Notes: generated by a model not told the origin, from the sequence alone. A DNA stretch of 64,000 nt from Candidatus Omnitrophota bacterium (GCA_016208765.1 JACQXK010000106.1:20256-84255); one strand, 5' to 3'. Shown: positions 47,670 through 57,934, counted from the stretch's first letter. Program-made: numbers and translations.

Positions 47670-49159
47670 TGGATTCTCCGTCAATAAACGAATTTATTAA
47701 ACTTGTTCAAAAAGGGAATGTCATCCCGGTTTACCGGGAGATTAATGCAGATCTTGATACGCCGGTTTCAGCTTATTTAAAGATCAAGAAAGATAATTAT
47801 GCATTCTTGTTTGAATCGGTAGAAGGGCAGGAAAAGGTTGCAAGGTATTCATTCTTGGGCAGTAATCCTTCCCTGGTGTTTAAGAGTAAAGCTAAAAAAA
47901 TAGAAATTATTTATCCGCACAAAAATATTTCTGATCGTTTTACCACTACTCGTACCCCTTTAGATGAAATCAAAAAGATAATGCAGAATTTTCGGGTTGT
48001 GAGTGTTCCCGGACTTCCGCGTTTTTACGGTGGTTTGGTGGGGTATTTAGGTTACGACAATATACGTTTTTTTGAGAACATCTCCGATAATAACCCGGAT
48101 GATTTAAATTTGCCCGATGCATTCTTTATGCTGACAGATACAATTTTGATTTTTGACCATGTTAATCATACGATAAAAATAGTAAATAATGTTGTTTTGC
48201 CAAAGAACAAAGAAAAACTAAGCATTTTGCAAAAAAGAAAGATTTACAATCAGGCAATAAATAAAATTAACAATATTCATAATCAACTGAAAAATACCTG
48301 TTCTGTAGAACCAGGGGTACATTCTCCGATTAGGTCAGGAAAACTTGATTCAAATTTTCAGAAAAAAGATTTTACGAATATCGTAGAAAAGGCAAAAAAA
48401 TATATTAAAAAAGGGGATATTATCCAGGTTGTGCTTTCGCAGCGTTTTAAAATCAAGACAACTAAAGAGCCCTTTGAGATTTACCGCAGCCTGCGCAGCC
48501 TTAATCCTTCGCCGTATATGTTTTTTCTGAAATTTAAGGGCATAGAATTAATTGGCTCATCTCCGGAAATGTTGGTGCGTTGTGAAGAAGGAGTTGTGCA
48601 GACCTGTCCGATCGCTGGGACCCGTCCGCGCGGCAAAAACGAAGAAGAGGACAGGCAGCTTGAAAAAGAACTGCTTAATGATAGTAAAGAGCGGGCAGAA
48701 CATTTGATGCTTGTTGATTTGGGAAGAAATGACCTTGGAAGAGTTTGCTTAAAAGGCCAGGTTGAGGTTAGTGATTTTATGCGGGTTGAGCGTTACTCCC
48801 ATGTGATGCATCTTGTAAGTGAGGTAAGAGGAAAGCTTGACAGAAAGCATAATGATATCTATGATGTATTGCAGGCAGCATTTCCTGCCGGTACAGTTTC
48901 CGGAAGCCCGAAGATCAGGGCAATGGAAATTATTGACGAGTTGGAAAATATCCGTCGCGGCCCATATGCAGGGTGCGTGGGTTATTTTAGTTTTTCTCAT
49001 AACACGGATACCTGTATTACAATCAGGACTGTAGTTACAAAAAAAGGCTTTGCTTACATACAAGCAGGAGCAGGTATTGTTGCAGATTCAATACCGGAAA
49101 AAGAATACCAGGAAACAGTGAATAAAGCCAAAGCTATGATTGAAGCAATAAGGAAATAA
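47669..49159 (+). CDS. trpE: Anthranilate synthase component I
   Basis: DLDTPVS, FESVEG, NPSPYM, PIAGTRPRG, EHLMLVDLGRND, PAGTVSGSPK, QAGAGIV. Confidence 0.92.
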   Translation: MDSPSINEFIKLVQKGNVIPVYREINADLDTPVSAYLKIKKDNYAFLFESVEGQEKVARYSFLGSNPSLVFKSKAKKIEIIYPHKNISDRFTTTRTPLDEIKKIMQNFRVVSVPGLPRFYGGLVGYLGYDNIRFFENISDNNPDDLNLPDAFFMLTDTILIFDHVNHTIKIVNNVVLPKNKEKLSILQKRKIYNQAINKINNIHNQLKNTCSVEPGVHSPIRSGKLDSNFQKKDFTNIVEKAKKYIKKGDIIQVVLSQRFKIKTTKEPFEIYRSLRSLNPSPYMFFLKFKGIELIGSSPEMLVRCEEGVVQTCPIAGTRPRGKNEEEDRQLEKELLNDSKERAEHLMLVDLGRNDLGRVCLKGQVEVSDFMRVERYSHVMHLVSEVRGKLDRKHNDIYDVLQAAFPAGTVSGSPKIRAMEIIDELENIRRGPYAGCVGYFSFSHNTDTCITIRTVVTKKGFAYIQAGAGIVADSIPEKEYQETVNKAKAMIEAIRK

Positions 49160-49190
49160 TTTTTATTAAAACTGAAAGGAGAAACAAAAA

Positions 49191-49427
49191 ATGGCAGTGC
49201 ATGTTCGTTTAAGAAGAATTGGCAAGAATCCAAAAGGAAAACCGCATTTTAGAATTTCGGTTTTTGACGAGAGAAAAGGGCGCGACAGTAAGATCATTGA
49301 AGAATTAGGTTTTTATGATCCTCTGACTGGTGCTGCTTCTCTTAAAAAAGACAAGATTGCAACGTGGGTAAAAAATGGCGCCCAGCTTTCAGATACCGTT
49401 AAAAGCCTGTTAAAAAAATCAAAATAA
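49191..49427 (+). CDS. rpsP: 30S ribosomal protein S16
   Basis: VRLRRIG, GRD, EELGFYDP, GAQLSDTV. Confidence 0.93.
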   Translation: MAVHVRLRRIGKNPKGKPHFRISVFDERKGRDSKIIEELGFYDPLTGAASLKKDKIATWVKNGAQLSDTVKSLLKKSK

Positions 49428-49461
49428 TACGCGGTTAACCTAAATAAAAGGAGTTGTTAAA

Positions 49462-49740
49462 ATGCCACAAGCACAAGCAGTAAATCCGATATTGAATTTA
49501 GTTCCTTTAGTTTTAATTTTTGTAATTTTTTATTTTATGCTCATTCGTCCGCAAAAAACAAAAGAAAAAGAGCACCAGAAAATGCTTGCCAGCCTTGACA
49601 AAAATGATGAAGTAGTTACTTCTGGCGGGATCCACGGAACAATAATTAATGTTAAAGAAAAGTCGGTTGTTTTAAGAATAGATGAAAATGTTAAAATGGA
49701 AGTTGAAAAGAATTGTATCGCAGTAGTAAAGAAATCTTAA
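49462..49740 (+). CDS. yajC: Preprotein translocase subunit YajC
   Basis: FYFMLIRPQ, DEVVTSGGIHG. Confidence 0.95.
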   Translation: MPQAQAVNPILNLVPLVLIFVIFYFMLIRPQKTKEKEHQKMLASLDKNDEVVTSGGIHGTIINVKEKSVVLRIDENVKMEVEKNCIAVVKKS

Positions 49741-49763
49741 CGACCTACAGGGAGTAGAATATC

Positions 49764-51968
49764 ATGGAGAAAAGAGTAATTTACAAATCGGTTTTTATTT
49801 TGGTTGTTCTATTAATCTGCGCTTATTTTGCTTTTCCTGTAGATAAGCGCATAAATCTTGGGCTTGATTTGCGCGGTGGTATGCATCTGTTGTTGAAAAT
49901 TGATACTTCTAATCTCCAGGGTCAGGCTAAAACCGATGCTACTGACAGGGCCTTAGAGGTGATCAGGAACAGGATAGACCAGTTTGGCGTCAGGGAAACT
50001 TCTATCGCAAAGCAAGGTGAAGATGAGATAGTTGTCCAGCTTCCCGGAGTAACTGACCGGCAAAGAGCTATTGATATTATAGGAAAGACCGCATTGTTGG
50101 AATTTAAGCTTGTTTCAAATGATGAGGAAAAACGAAAACAAGCGCTTGCCGGCACAATACCAGAAGGTTTTGAATTAAAATATACCGAGGATGATAGCGA
50201 ACCTGTTCTTTTAGAGAAGCAGGCAGTTTTAACCGGAGATTCCCTAACCGATGCTGCAGTGCATTTCAGCCAGACTGAATTTAACGAACCCGTGGTCGCC
50301 CTTAAATTTAATGCAGAAGGCGCGAAAAGATTTGCTGAAATTACGGCTGCTAATGTGGGGAAAAGGCTGGCAATAGTTTTAGATGGCAAGGTTCAGTCGG
50401 CCCCGCGTATCAAGGAATCAATCCCGTCCGGTGAGGCGGTAATAACGGGACGTTTTAGCGTTGAACAGGCGCAGGATCTTTCGGTTATTCTTCGCGTGGG
50501 CGCCTTACCCGCTCCTATGCATATTGAGGAAGAAAGAACTGTAGGCCCGCTATTAGGGCAGGATTCTATTAATAAAGGCCTAAAAGCAAGCCTTGTTGGG
50601 TGCGCTTTGGTTTTTATTTTTATGGCTCTTTATTATTTGTTAGCGGGCTTGATCAGCGACATTGCGCTATCGCTAAACTTATTGATGATTTTAGGAGGAT
50701 TGGGGATCCTTCCAATATTATTCCCCGGAGTTTCTGCTACATTGACCCTGCCGGGTATTGCTGGTATGGCACTGGCTTTAGGTATGGCAGTAGATGCCAA
50801 TGTTTTGATTAATGAGCGTATTAGAGAAGAATTAAAAACAGGCAAGCCTCTGCGTAGTGCGATTGAAAATGGATATAGCCGGGCATTTAGCGCTATTTTT
50901 GATTCCAACCTGACTACTTTAATAGCAGCATTCTTCCTTTTTCAATTTGGCACAGGGCCAATCCGCGGTTTTGCCGTTACTTTGACCATAGGTTTGATCT
51001 CAAGTATGTTTACTGCAATTGTCGTAACCCGCACTATATTTGAAATCCTGCTTGATCTGGGGATTTTAAAGAAATCTTTACCGATGTTACGTCTTATCGG
51101 GGAGACTAAATTTGACTTTATCAGTAAAAGAAGGTTTTTTTATATTGTTTCTGTGCTTGTTATTGTGATAGGGCTGGTAACGTATTTTAAAAAAGGGAAA
51201 GACGCTTATGGCATTGATTTTGCCGGCGGACAACTGCAGGAATATATATTTAAAGAGGCTCCTGATATTGATAAGGTGCGTAAGGTTTTAAAAGATATTA
51301 ACTTGTCTGATGCTTCAATACAACAATTTAAAGATAATCCGCGGGCAATATTGATCAAGACTACTGTTGACAATAGCCAGGTATTAACCGACAAGCTGAA
51401 CCAAGCATTTCCTGAACAAGATATCCAGATTTTGCGTATTGAGCGAGTAGGGCCGATTGCCGGAGCCCATCTAAAGAAGAAGGCAATACACGCTTTGATC
51501 TGGGCCTTGCTGGGGATATTGATCTATGTTGCTTTAAGATTTAAGCATTTTAACTTTGCTATTGCCGGCGTAATTGCGCTTTTGCATGACGTTGTGGTTA
51601 CTCTGGGTTTCTTGTCCATGACAAACAGGCAGATTGATTTACTGAGTATAACTGCCTTTTTGACCATCGCAGGGTATTCTATAAATGATACAATTGTAAT
51701 CTATGACAGAGTAAGGGAAAACGCCCGGATGCTTAGGAAATTGAGTTTGTATGAATTAATTAATTTAAGTGTCAATCAGATGCTGGGAAGAACGATATTA
51801 ACATCCGGCGTTACATTGTTGGTGGTTATTTCTATTTTATTTTTCGGAGGAGAAGTCCTGAGTAATTTCGCGTTTGCGTTATTTGTGGGTTTTATCTCAG
51901 GTGTTTATTCAACAATCTTTATTGCTTCCCCGTTGGTGCTTGCCTGGAGCCGCAAAGGCTCAAGATAA
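49764..51968 (+). CDS. secDF: Fused protein translocase subunit SecDF
   Basis: LGLDLRGG, GALPAP, AVDANVLINERIREE, GIDFAGG, HDV, GYSINDTIVIYDRVRE. Confidence 0.95.
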   Translation: MEKRVIYKSVFILVVLLICAYFAFPVDKRINLGLDLRGGMHLLLKIDTSNLQGQAKTDATDRALEVIRNRIDQFGVRETSIAKQGEDEIVVQLPGVTDRQRAIDIIGKTALLEFKLVSNDEEKRKQALAGTIPEGFELKYTEDDSEPVLLEKQAVLTGDSLTDAAVHFSQTEFNEPVVALKFNAEGAKRFAEITAANVGKRLAIVLDGKVQSAPRIKESIPSGEAVITGRFSVEQAQDLSVILRVGALPAPMHIEEERTVGPLLGQDSINKGLKASLVGCALVFIFMALYYLLAGLISDIALSLNLLMILGGLGILPILFPGVSATLTLPGIAGMALALGMAVDANVLINERIREELKTGKPLRSAIENGYSRAFSAIFDSNLTTLIAAFFLFQFGTGPIRGFAVTLTIGLISSMFTAIVVTRTIFEILLDLGILKKSLPMLRLIGETKFDFISKRRFFYIVSVLVIVIGLVTYFKKGKDAYGIDFAGGQLQEYIFKEAPDIDKVRKVLKDINLSDASIQQFKDNPRAILIKTTVDNSQVLTDKLNQAFPEQDIQILRIERVGPIAGAHLKKKAIHALIWALLGILIYVALRFKHFNFAIAGVIALLHDVVVTLGFLSMTNRQIDLLSITAFLTIAGYSINDTIVIYDRVRENARMLRKLSLYELINLSVNQMLGRTILTSGVTLLVVISILFFGGEVLSNFAFALFVGFISGVYSTIFIASPLVLAWSRKGSR

Positions 51969-52001
51969 ATTTGATATTTTTATGCGGTTTTGCTAAGGTA
52001 A

Positions 52002-52035
52002 AACTGTAGGCAAGGTTTAAACCTCGCCTACAGTT
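52002..52035. repeat. Near-perfect 34-nt palindrome with GTAGG...CCTAC core (REP-like)
   Basis: AACTGTAGGC-A-AGGTTT/AAACCT-C-GCCTACAGTT. Confidence 0.65.
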
Positions 52036-52056
52036 AAATCCGCAGTTAAATTTATT

Positions 52057-53964
52057 ATGTTTAAATCTGCAAAAGTTTTTCTCGGCTTAGAGATTGAGCT
52101 GGATCATTTCTTAGGAGAATTAGTCGGTTTCGGATATCATCGCCACGATAGGGTTGATTCTGAAGGTGACTTCTCTGTTCGTGGGGGGATCATTGATATT
52201 TTCCCCAATTCTTTTGAGTTGCCAGTCCGCATTGAATTAGACAATAATAAAGTTATTTCAATCAAAACTTTTGATACTCTTACCGGTAAACCGCTCTGGG
52301 ACCATAAAATGGTCATTATCCTTCCGATCAAAAAGACAACTTCCAAAACAGTTGTTTTTAGCGAAGAATTTCCCCTGTCTAATTTTGTTGATTTAAAATC
52401 CGGTGATTATGTTGTGCATAATCAGTACGGTATCGGCCGTTTCCTGGGTATGGAAAAGATCAGGATTAAAGATAAGCCGAAGGATCACCTGGTAATTGAG
52501 TATGATCAACAGGAAAAACTCTATGTTCCGGTTGATTCTATGCATCTTGTGCAGAAATATATTGCATTCCATACAAGGCGGCCGAAGTTGTATAAACTGG
52601 GCAGCAAAGAATGGCAAAGGACAAAAGACAGGACAAGAAAAGGCATACAAAAATTAGCCTGGGAGCTTTTGAGCCTGCAGGCAATGCGTATGAGCTCTCA
52701 GGGTTTTGCGTATTCTGTTGATCTGGATTGGCAGGGCCAATTTGAAGAAACTTTTCCATACAGGGAGACCCCTGACCAGGTTAAGGCTGCCTTAGAGGTA
52801 AAGAATGATATGCAGTCAAATAAGCCTATGGACAGGTTATTGTGCGGAGATGTAGGGTATGGCAAAACTGAAGTAGCTATGCGCGCAGCTTTTAAAGCGG
52901 TTATGGACAATAAACAGGTTGCATACCTTGTTCCAACTACTATCTTAGCCGAACAGCATTTCCAGAACTTCAGGATGCGCCTTAAGGATTTTCCGGTTAA
53001 TGTCCAGATGCTATGTCGTTTTCAAACTCAAGCGGAGCAAAAACGAATTATCAAGGCAGCTTCTCAAGGGGCAGTTGATATTTTAATCGGCACGCACCGT
53101 ATGCTTTCTGATGATGTTATATTTAAGGATCTGGGCCTTGTAATTATTGATGAAGAGCAGAGGTTCGGCGTAAAGGCAAAGGAGAAGCTAAAAAAATTCA
53201 GATTAACAATTGACGTGCTTACATTAACTGCAACCCCTATTCCGCGCACGCTGTATATGAGCCTGATGGGTGCGCGGGATTTATCCGTGATCAATACTCC
53301 TCCTCAAAATAGGTTGCCAATTAAGACCATTGTGGTAGAATATGATGAAGATTTGGTTAAACAAGCGATTATGCGGGAGCTCTCAAGAAAAGGGCAGGTT
53401 TTTTTCCTGCATAACCGGATAGAAGATATTGACAAGGTTAAAGATAAACTTGCGCGGATTTTACCTTCCAGTGTGAGAATTTCTGCTGCTCACGGCCAGA
53501 TGCACCCTAAAGAGCTTGAGAAGGTGATGTTTGAGTTTATGCAGGGTTCAATTGATTGCCTTGTTTGCACAATGATCATTGAATCAGGGATAGATATTCC
53601 TAACGTAAATACGATTATTGTGCATAATGCGCATATGTTCGGACTATCTGACCTGCATCAGTTACGTGGAAGGGTCGGGCGTTTTGACCGTCCGGCTTAC
53701 GCTTATTTTATGGTGCCTAAGAATTTTGTTTTGGAAAGTGATGCGCGCAGGCGCATGAACGCCATCAGCGAGTACTCGTTTCTTGGCGCAGGTTTTAATA
53801 TTGCAATGGAAGATTTGGAAATAAGAGGCGCTGGCAACCTCTTGGGCATGGAGCAACATGGATTTATTTCTGCAGTCGGGTTTGATCTGTATTGCCGGCT
53901 TTTAAGAGAGGCAATTGGTAACTTTAAGAAAGCAGGTGTTACGTTTAATGAGAATAATAATTAA
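52057..53964 (+). CDS. mfd: Transcription-repair coupling factor, shortened (635 aa)
   Basis: [15 protein letters not shown]-x-x-YGIG (RID), [44 protein letters not shown]. Confidence 0.92.
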   Translation: MFKSAKVFLGLEIELDHFLGELVGFGYHRHDRVDSEGDFSVRGGIIDIFPNSFELPVRIELDNNKVISIKTFDTLTGKPLWDHKMVIILPIKKTTSKTVVFSEEFPLSNFVDLKSGDYVVHNQYGIGRFLGMEKIRIKDKPKDHLVIEYDQQEKLYVPVDSMHLVQKYIAFHTRRPKLYKLGSKEWQRTKDRTRKGIQKLAWELLSLQAMRMSSQGFAYSVDLDWQGQFEETFPYRETPDQVKAALEVKNDMQSNKPMDRLLCGDVGYGKTEVAMRAAFKAVMDNKQVAYLVPTTILAEQHFQNFRMRLKDFPVNVQMLCRFQTQAEQKRIIKAASQGAVDILIGTHRMLSDDVIFKDLGLVIIDEEQRFGVKAKEKLKKFRLTIDVLTLTATPIPRTLYMSLMGARDLSVINTPPQNRLPIKTIVVEYDEDLVKQAIMRELSRKGQVFFLHNRIEDIDKVKDKLARILPSSVRISAAHGQMHPKELEKVMFEFMQGSIDCLVCTMIIESGIDIPNVNTIIVHNAHMFGLSDLHQLRGRVGRFDRPAYAYFMVPKNFVLESDARRRMNAISEYSFLGAGFNIAMEDLEIRGAGNLLGMEQHGFISAVGFDLYCRLLREAIGNFKKAGVTFNENNN

Positions 53965-54880
53965 AAGGTGTTTGTTTATTTTGCTTGTAGCCCTTCCTAT
54001 ATATAGTGTTTTAACAGGGAATTCCTGTCTTTACGCCCAGGATAAAATCGTTGCCATAGTTAATGATGATTGTATAACCCAGAGAGAGCTGAATGATTTT
54101 AACAATTTTATGCGCCTGCAATTGTCTCAGCAATACCAAGGTGAAAAATTAGAAGAAAAACTTCAATCAATGAAGCTCGAGCTGTTAGATAAGCTGATTG
54201 AAGACCGTTTAATACTTCAAGAGGCAAAAAAAGATAAGATTAAAGCTGATGAATCAAGGATAAAAGGTAAGTTGAATGAAGTCAAGATGCGTTATCCTTC
54301 GGAAATGGAGTTCCAGAGAGATTTGGGCAAGCAGGGCCTTGTTCCTGCTGACTTGGAGTCGCGTATACGTGAGCAACTATTAATGTATCTGGAGTTAAAT
54401 GAAAAGGTCCGCAGCAAAATTATTGTTCGTCCTGAAGAAGTAACCAGTTTTTATGAAAAGCACAAGGCAGAGATTGCTTCTCCCGAAGAGAGAGAGATAG
54501 CTGTTATTGCGCTGGATAATAAAGATATGGCAGATGCAGTTTCATATAATTTAAGGATCGGGCAGAAAACAGAAGATTTGGCTACCCGCTACCCTATGAC
54601 CATAAATCAAATTAAGGCCATAAAGGGGCAAGATCTGAGGAAAGAAATTGAAGAAGTAGTTTTTAAGCTGGGAATTAATGAGGTTTCTTCTCCGGTTAAA
54701 ATGGATGACAAATTTTATGTTTTTAAACTGGATAATATTACTGCTGCCAAGCAGTTGTCTTTGGCTGATGCCCAGGACAGGATTAACCAGTCAATTTTTG
54801 AACAGAAGATGAATGAAAAGACTAAGAATTGGTTAGATGAGCTTAAAAAGAACTCCTATATTAAAATCTTCCAAGATTAA
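53948..54880 (+). CDS. SurA/PrsA-like periplasmic chaperone with degenerate parvulin domain
   Basis: Signal peptide, DKIVAIVN, LIEDRLILQEA, EVSSPV, WLDELKK; lies upstream of pdxA-rsmA. Confidence 0.8.
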   Translation: MRIIIKRCLFILLVALPIYSVLTGNSCLYAQDKIVAIVNDDCITQRELNDFNNFMRLQLSQQYQGEKLEEKLQSMKLELLDKLIEDRLILQEAKKDKIKADESRIKGKLNEVKMRYPSEMEFQRDLGKQGLVPADLESRIREQLLMYLELNEKVRSKIIVRPEEVTSFYEKHKAEIASPEEREIAVIALDNKDMADAVSYNLRIGQKTEDLATRYPMTINQIKAIKGQDLRKEIEEVVFKLGINEVSSPVKMDDKFYVFKLDNITAAKQLSLADAQDRINQSIFEQKMNEKTKNWLDELKKNSYIKIFQD

Positions 54881-55823
54881 GGTTGGTATCACCTTGGGGG
54901 ATCCTTCCGGGATTGGCCCTGCGATTACATTAAAGGCAATACAGCAAGTAAAGAATTTAGCTGAAATTATTGTAATTGGGGATAGCTTTGTTTTGCAAAA
55001 GGCCGCATCATTAAAATTCTACGCCCGCAATTTTAAATTAATTGATTTACAGAACGTAAAACAAAGAGAGTTCAGATTTGGGCAGATACGTGCGCAATAC
55101 GGCAGGGCGGCAATGGAGTATCTTGATCAGGCACTGGGCCTGTTAAAGAACAGAGAAATTGACTGTTTGGTAACCTGTCCTATTTCAAAACAGGCAATTA
55201 ACCTGGCTGGTTTTCCTTATTCCGGGCATACGGAATATTTAATGAAAATGTCAGCTTCTTTGCATGTTGTAATGATGCTTTTGAATGATAAATTAAGATT
55301 TAGCCTGTTAACAAGGCATATCCCTTTAAAGGACGTATCTCCTATATTAAATAAACAGGAAATAATCAGTAACATAGGAATAATTACCAATGGCCTAAAA
55401 ATTCTGTTTGGTATTAGGGCGCCGAAGCTTGTGGTTTGTGGTTTAAATCCGCATGCATCAGACGGGGGGATTATCGGGAAAGAAGAGGAATCACTAATTA
55501 AGCCTATTTTAAAGGGGTTAAGAAAGAAGCTCAAGGTTCTTATTGATGGCCCTATGTCTGCGGATGCGGCAATACAAAAAGCATATTATAATCAGTATGA
55601 TTGCGTAATAGCCATGTACCATGATCAAGCGCTTATTCCTTTAAAACTTACCAGCCCTCAGACAGGAGTTAACCTTACTCTTGGCCTGCCGTTTGTACGA
55701 ACTTCGCCATTACACGGGACTGCATTTGATATTGCCGGTGATTATAACCGGGCAAACCCAGATTCTTTAATTTCAGCAATCAAACTCGCCATAGAATGTA
55801 CAAAAAACCAAAGAAAAGATTAG
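54837..55823 (+). CDS. pdxA: 4-hydroxythreonine-4-phosphate dehydrogenase
   Basis: GDPSGIGP, GHTEY, LNPHA, MYHDQ, RTSP-x-HGTAFDIAG. Confidence 0.93.
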   Translation: MSLKRTPILKSSKIKVGITLGDPSGIGPAITLKAIQQVKNLAEIIVIGDSFVLQKAASLKFYARNFKLIDLQNVKQREFRFGQIRAQYGRAAMEYLDQALGLLKNREIDCLVTCPISKQAINLAGFPYSGHTEYLMKMSASLHVVMMLLNDKLRFSLLTRHIPLKDVSPILNKQEIISNIGIITNGLKILFGIRAPKLVVCGLNPHASDGGIIGKEEESLIKPILKGLRKKLKVLIDGPMSADAAIQKAYYNQYDCVIAMYHDQALIPLKLTSPQTGVNLTLGLPFVRTSPLHGTAFDIAGDYNRANPDSLISAIKLAIECTKNQRKD

Positions 55824-56608
55824 GCCAAAATTTCCTTATTGATAAGAATGTATTGCAAAAGATTTGTAATGCCTGCAATATTGTCAGTTCAGATATTGTT
55901 GTTGAAATTGGTCCAGGAAGAGGAGAGCTGACAAGCCTTCTTGTTCAAATCCCTAAGAAGATTTATGCAATTGAGAAAGACTTGGACTTGATCCAAGGTT
56001 TAAAGGACAGGTTTGCTGAAAATAATAATTTAGAGATTATTAATCAGGATATCCTGAAAGTTGAGCTCAAGGATATTTACCAAACACATAAGAAGAAAAT
56101 AAAGTTAATCGGTAATATTCCTTATAATATCAGCAGCCCAATAATTGAATATCTGATTAATAACCGTGATTTTATAGATAATGCCTTTTTCACCGTGCAG
56201 AAAGAATTTGCGCAGAGGCTTACTGCTTCTTCAGGTTCAAAATTATATGGATCTTTGAGTTGTTTTGCGCAGTATTATTCAAATCCTAAAATAATCTTTG
56301 GGATAAGCCGCAATTGTTTTCGCCCGGTGCCAAAAGTAGATTCAAGTTTTATTCGCATTGATATAAAAAATGAATTACCTCTGGATAAAACTTCAGAAAA
56401 AAAGTTTTTTGAGATTACGCGCGCTTCTTTTAATCAGAGAAGAAAAACCTTAAGAAACAGCCTTTCTAAGTTTATTTCTCAGGATATCCTGGATGATTTT
56501 TTTAAGATTTCCGGATTAGACATCAACACGAGGCCTGAGAAAATGTTGATTAAGGATTTCCTGACTTTAACCAAATTGGTTATTTCAAAAAGATATCAAA
56601 AAAAATAA
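55796..56608 (+). CDS. rsmA: 16S rRNA m6,2A dimethyltransferase
   Basis: LGQNFL, EIGPGRG, GNIPYNISSP, QKE, FNQRRKTLRNSL. Confidence 0.95.
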   Translation: MYKKPKKRLGQNFLIDKNVLQKICNACNIVSSDIVVEIGPGRGELTSLLVQIPKKIYAIEKDLDLIQGLKDRFAENNNLEIINQDILKVELKDIYQTHKKKIKLIGNIPYNISSPIIEYLINNRDFIDNAFFTVQKEFAQRLTASSGSKLYGSLSCFAQYYSNPKIIFGISRNCFRPVPKVDSSFIRIDIKNELPLDKTSEKKFFEITRASFNQRRKTLRNSLSKFISQDILDDFFKISGLDINTRPEKMLIKDFLTLTKLVISKRYQKK

Positions 56609-56616
56609 AATAATCC

Positions 56617-56645
56617 TTGACATCCACTGCATCATAATATATACT
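56617..56645 (+). promoter_or_regulatory. Sigma70-type promoter of the tRNA-Thr...rpoBC cluster
   Basis: TTGACA-17 nt-TATACT with AT-rich upstream element. Confidence 0.8.
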
Positions 56646-56792
56646 TTTGTTTTACAATTTTCCCATTAATCTGATTTTCGGGTAAATCCATAATAATGTC
56701 AGAATTAGCAGCAAAGAATTTCGGGTGAAATTCTTGGGGGAGAGTTTTTGTTGTATGAAAAATAAATATATCCGATTGAGCGAAACAAATTC

Positions 56793-56865
56793 GCTGGAGT
56801 AGCTCAGTTGGTAGAGCACGTCCTTGGTAAGGACGGGGTCACGGGTTCAATTCCCGTCTCCAGCT
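56793..56865 (+). tRNA. tRNA-Thr(GGT); CCA not encoded
   Basis: Acceptor GCTGGAG/CTCCAGC; D-arm GCTC-AGTTGGTA-GAGC; anticodon arm CGTCC-TTGGTAA-GGACG; T-loop TTCAATT. Confidence 0.95.
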
Positions 56866-56948
56866 TAAGTAATTGGTTAAGTTATGGTTTACGCGAAGAA
56901 ATTGCCTAAACCATTAATAAGCTGATACGAAGCACTGAGGTTTATAAG

Positions 56949-57098
56949 ATGCGTGAGACTATCACTTTAGAATGTACGGTTTGTAAGAACAGAAATTACA
57001 CGACGACTCGTAATAAAAAGAAACATCAGGACAGGTTGGAAATAAAGAAGTTTTGCAAGACCTGCCGTAAGCATACCCCGCATAAAGAAATTAAATAA
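56949..57098 (+). CDS. rpmG: 50S ribosomal protein L33, Zn-ribbon form (not in the ORF track)
   Basis: Hand translation: [49 protein letters not shown]. Confidence 0.95.
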   Translation: MRETITLECTVCKNRNYTTTRNKKKHQDRLEIKKFCKTCRKHTPHKEIK

Positions 57099-57101
57099 AA
57101 T

Positions 57102-57172
57102 AGGGGCGTCGGTTAATGGCAAACCAACGGTCTCCAAAACCGTGACTGCAGGTTCAAGTCCTGCCGCTCCTG
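57102..57172 (+). tRNA. tRNA-Trp(CCA); CCA not encoded
   Basis: Acceptor AGGGGCG/CGCTCCT; anticodon arm ACGGT-CTCCAAA-ACCGT; T-arm GCAGG-TTCAAGT-CCTGC; typical position before secE. Confidence 0.93.
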
Positions 57173-57214
57173 TATAAATGGTTTTAAGACAGGGCGGTTG
57201 ACGGAGAATTAAGA

Positions 57215-57406
57215 TTGAAGATTTTTAGCAGCATTATTACTTTTGTTAATGAGGTCAAGCTTGAGTTGAGCAAAGTTGCCTGGTCAAGCAGGCAGGAGCT
57301 TTTAGGTTCAACCGCAGTGGTGATTGTAACAACCGTTATAATGACATTGTTTGTCTGGGTAATAGATTTAATTTTATCAAAATTCTTAACCATAATGTTG
57401 CGATAA
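57215..57406 (+). CDS. secE: Preprotein translocase subunit SecE
   Basis: EVKLELSKVAW motif, one TM segment; TTG start after GGAG. Confidence 0.92.
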   Translation: MKIFSSIITFVNEVKLELSKVAWSSRQELLGSTAVVIVTTVIMTLFVWVIDLILSKFLTIMLR

Positions 57407-57933
57407 TGAAAAACTGGTATATCGTTCATACACAAACAGGATTAGAAGATAAAGTAAAAGTTGCTCTTCAGAAAATGCCTGTACCTGAGAATGAAGAAAG
57501 CCCTATTTCGCAGGTGATTATTCCTACCGAGCAAGTTTCAGAGGTTCGTTCCGGAAAGAAAAAAATAACTCAGAGGAAATTTTTCCCGGGGTATATTTTG
57601 GTTGAAATGGAACTGACTGAAGCCAGCTATTTATATGTAAAAAATATTTATGGTGTTACTGGTTTTATCGGACCGGGCAAGAAACCAATGCCTTTACCAA
57701 AAGAAGAAGTTGAAAATATATTAAAAAGGACTGAAGAAACACAGGTTAAGCCAAGCCCGAAGATTGTTTTTGAAAAAGGCGAACAGGTGCGTGTTACAGA
57801 AGGCCCATTTTTAAATTTTAACGGCACCATTGACGAAATTCATCCGGAAAAAGGAAAAATTAAAGTTAGCGTTTCAATTTTTGGCAGGTCAACTCCTGTT
57901 GAATTAGAATATTGGCAAGTGGAGAAAGTCTAA
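57406..57933 (+). CDS. nusG: Transcription termination/antitermination factor NusG
   Basis: [19 protein letters not shown] domain with [14 protein letters not shown]. Confidence 0.97.
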   Translation: MKNWYIVHTQTGLEDKVKVALQKMPVPENEESPISQVIIPTEQVSEVRSGKKKITQRKFFPGYILVEMELTEASYLYVKNIYGVTGFIGPGKKPMPLPKEEVENILKRTEETQVKPSPKIVFEKGEQVRVTEGPFLNFNGTIDEIHPEKGKIKVSVSIFGRSTPVELEYWQVEKV

Positions 57934-57934
57934 A

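Noticed and set aside
49764-51968. SecD-SecF fusion as a novelty
   Set aside because: Fused SecDF is common, for example in Bacillus and Thermus.
57102-57172. tRNA-Trp as a UGA suppressor
   Set aside because: It has an ordinary CCA anticodon and a full 5-bp anticodon stem; nothing visible supports suppression.
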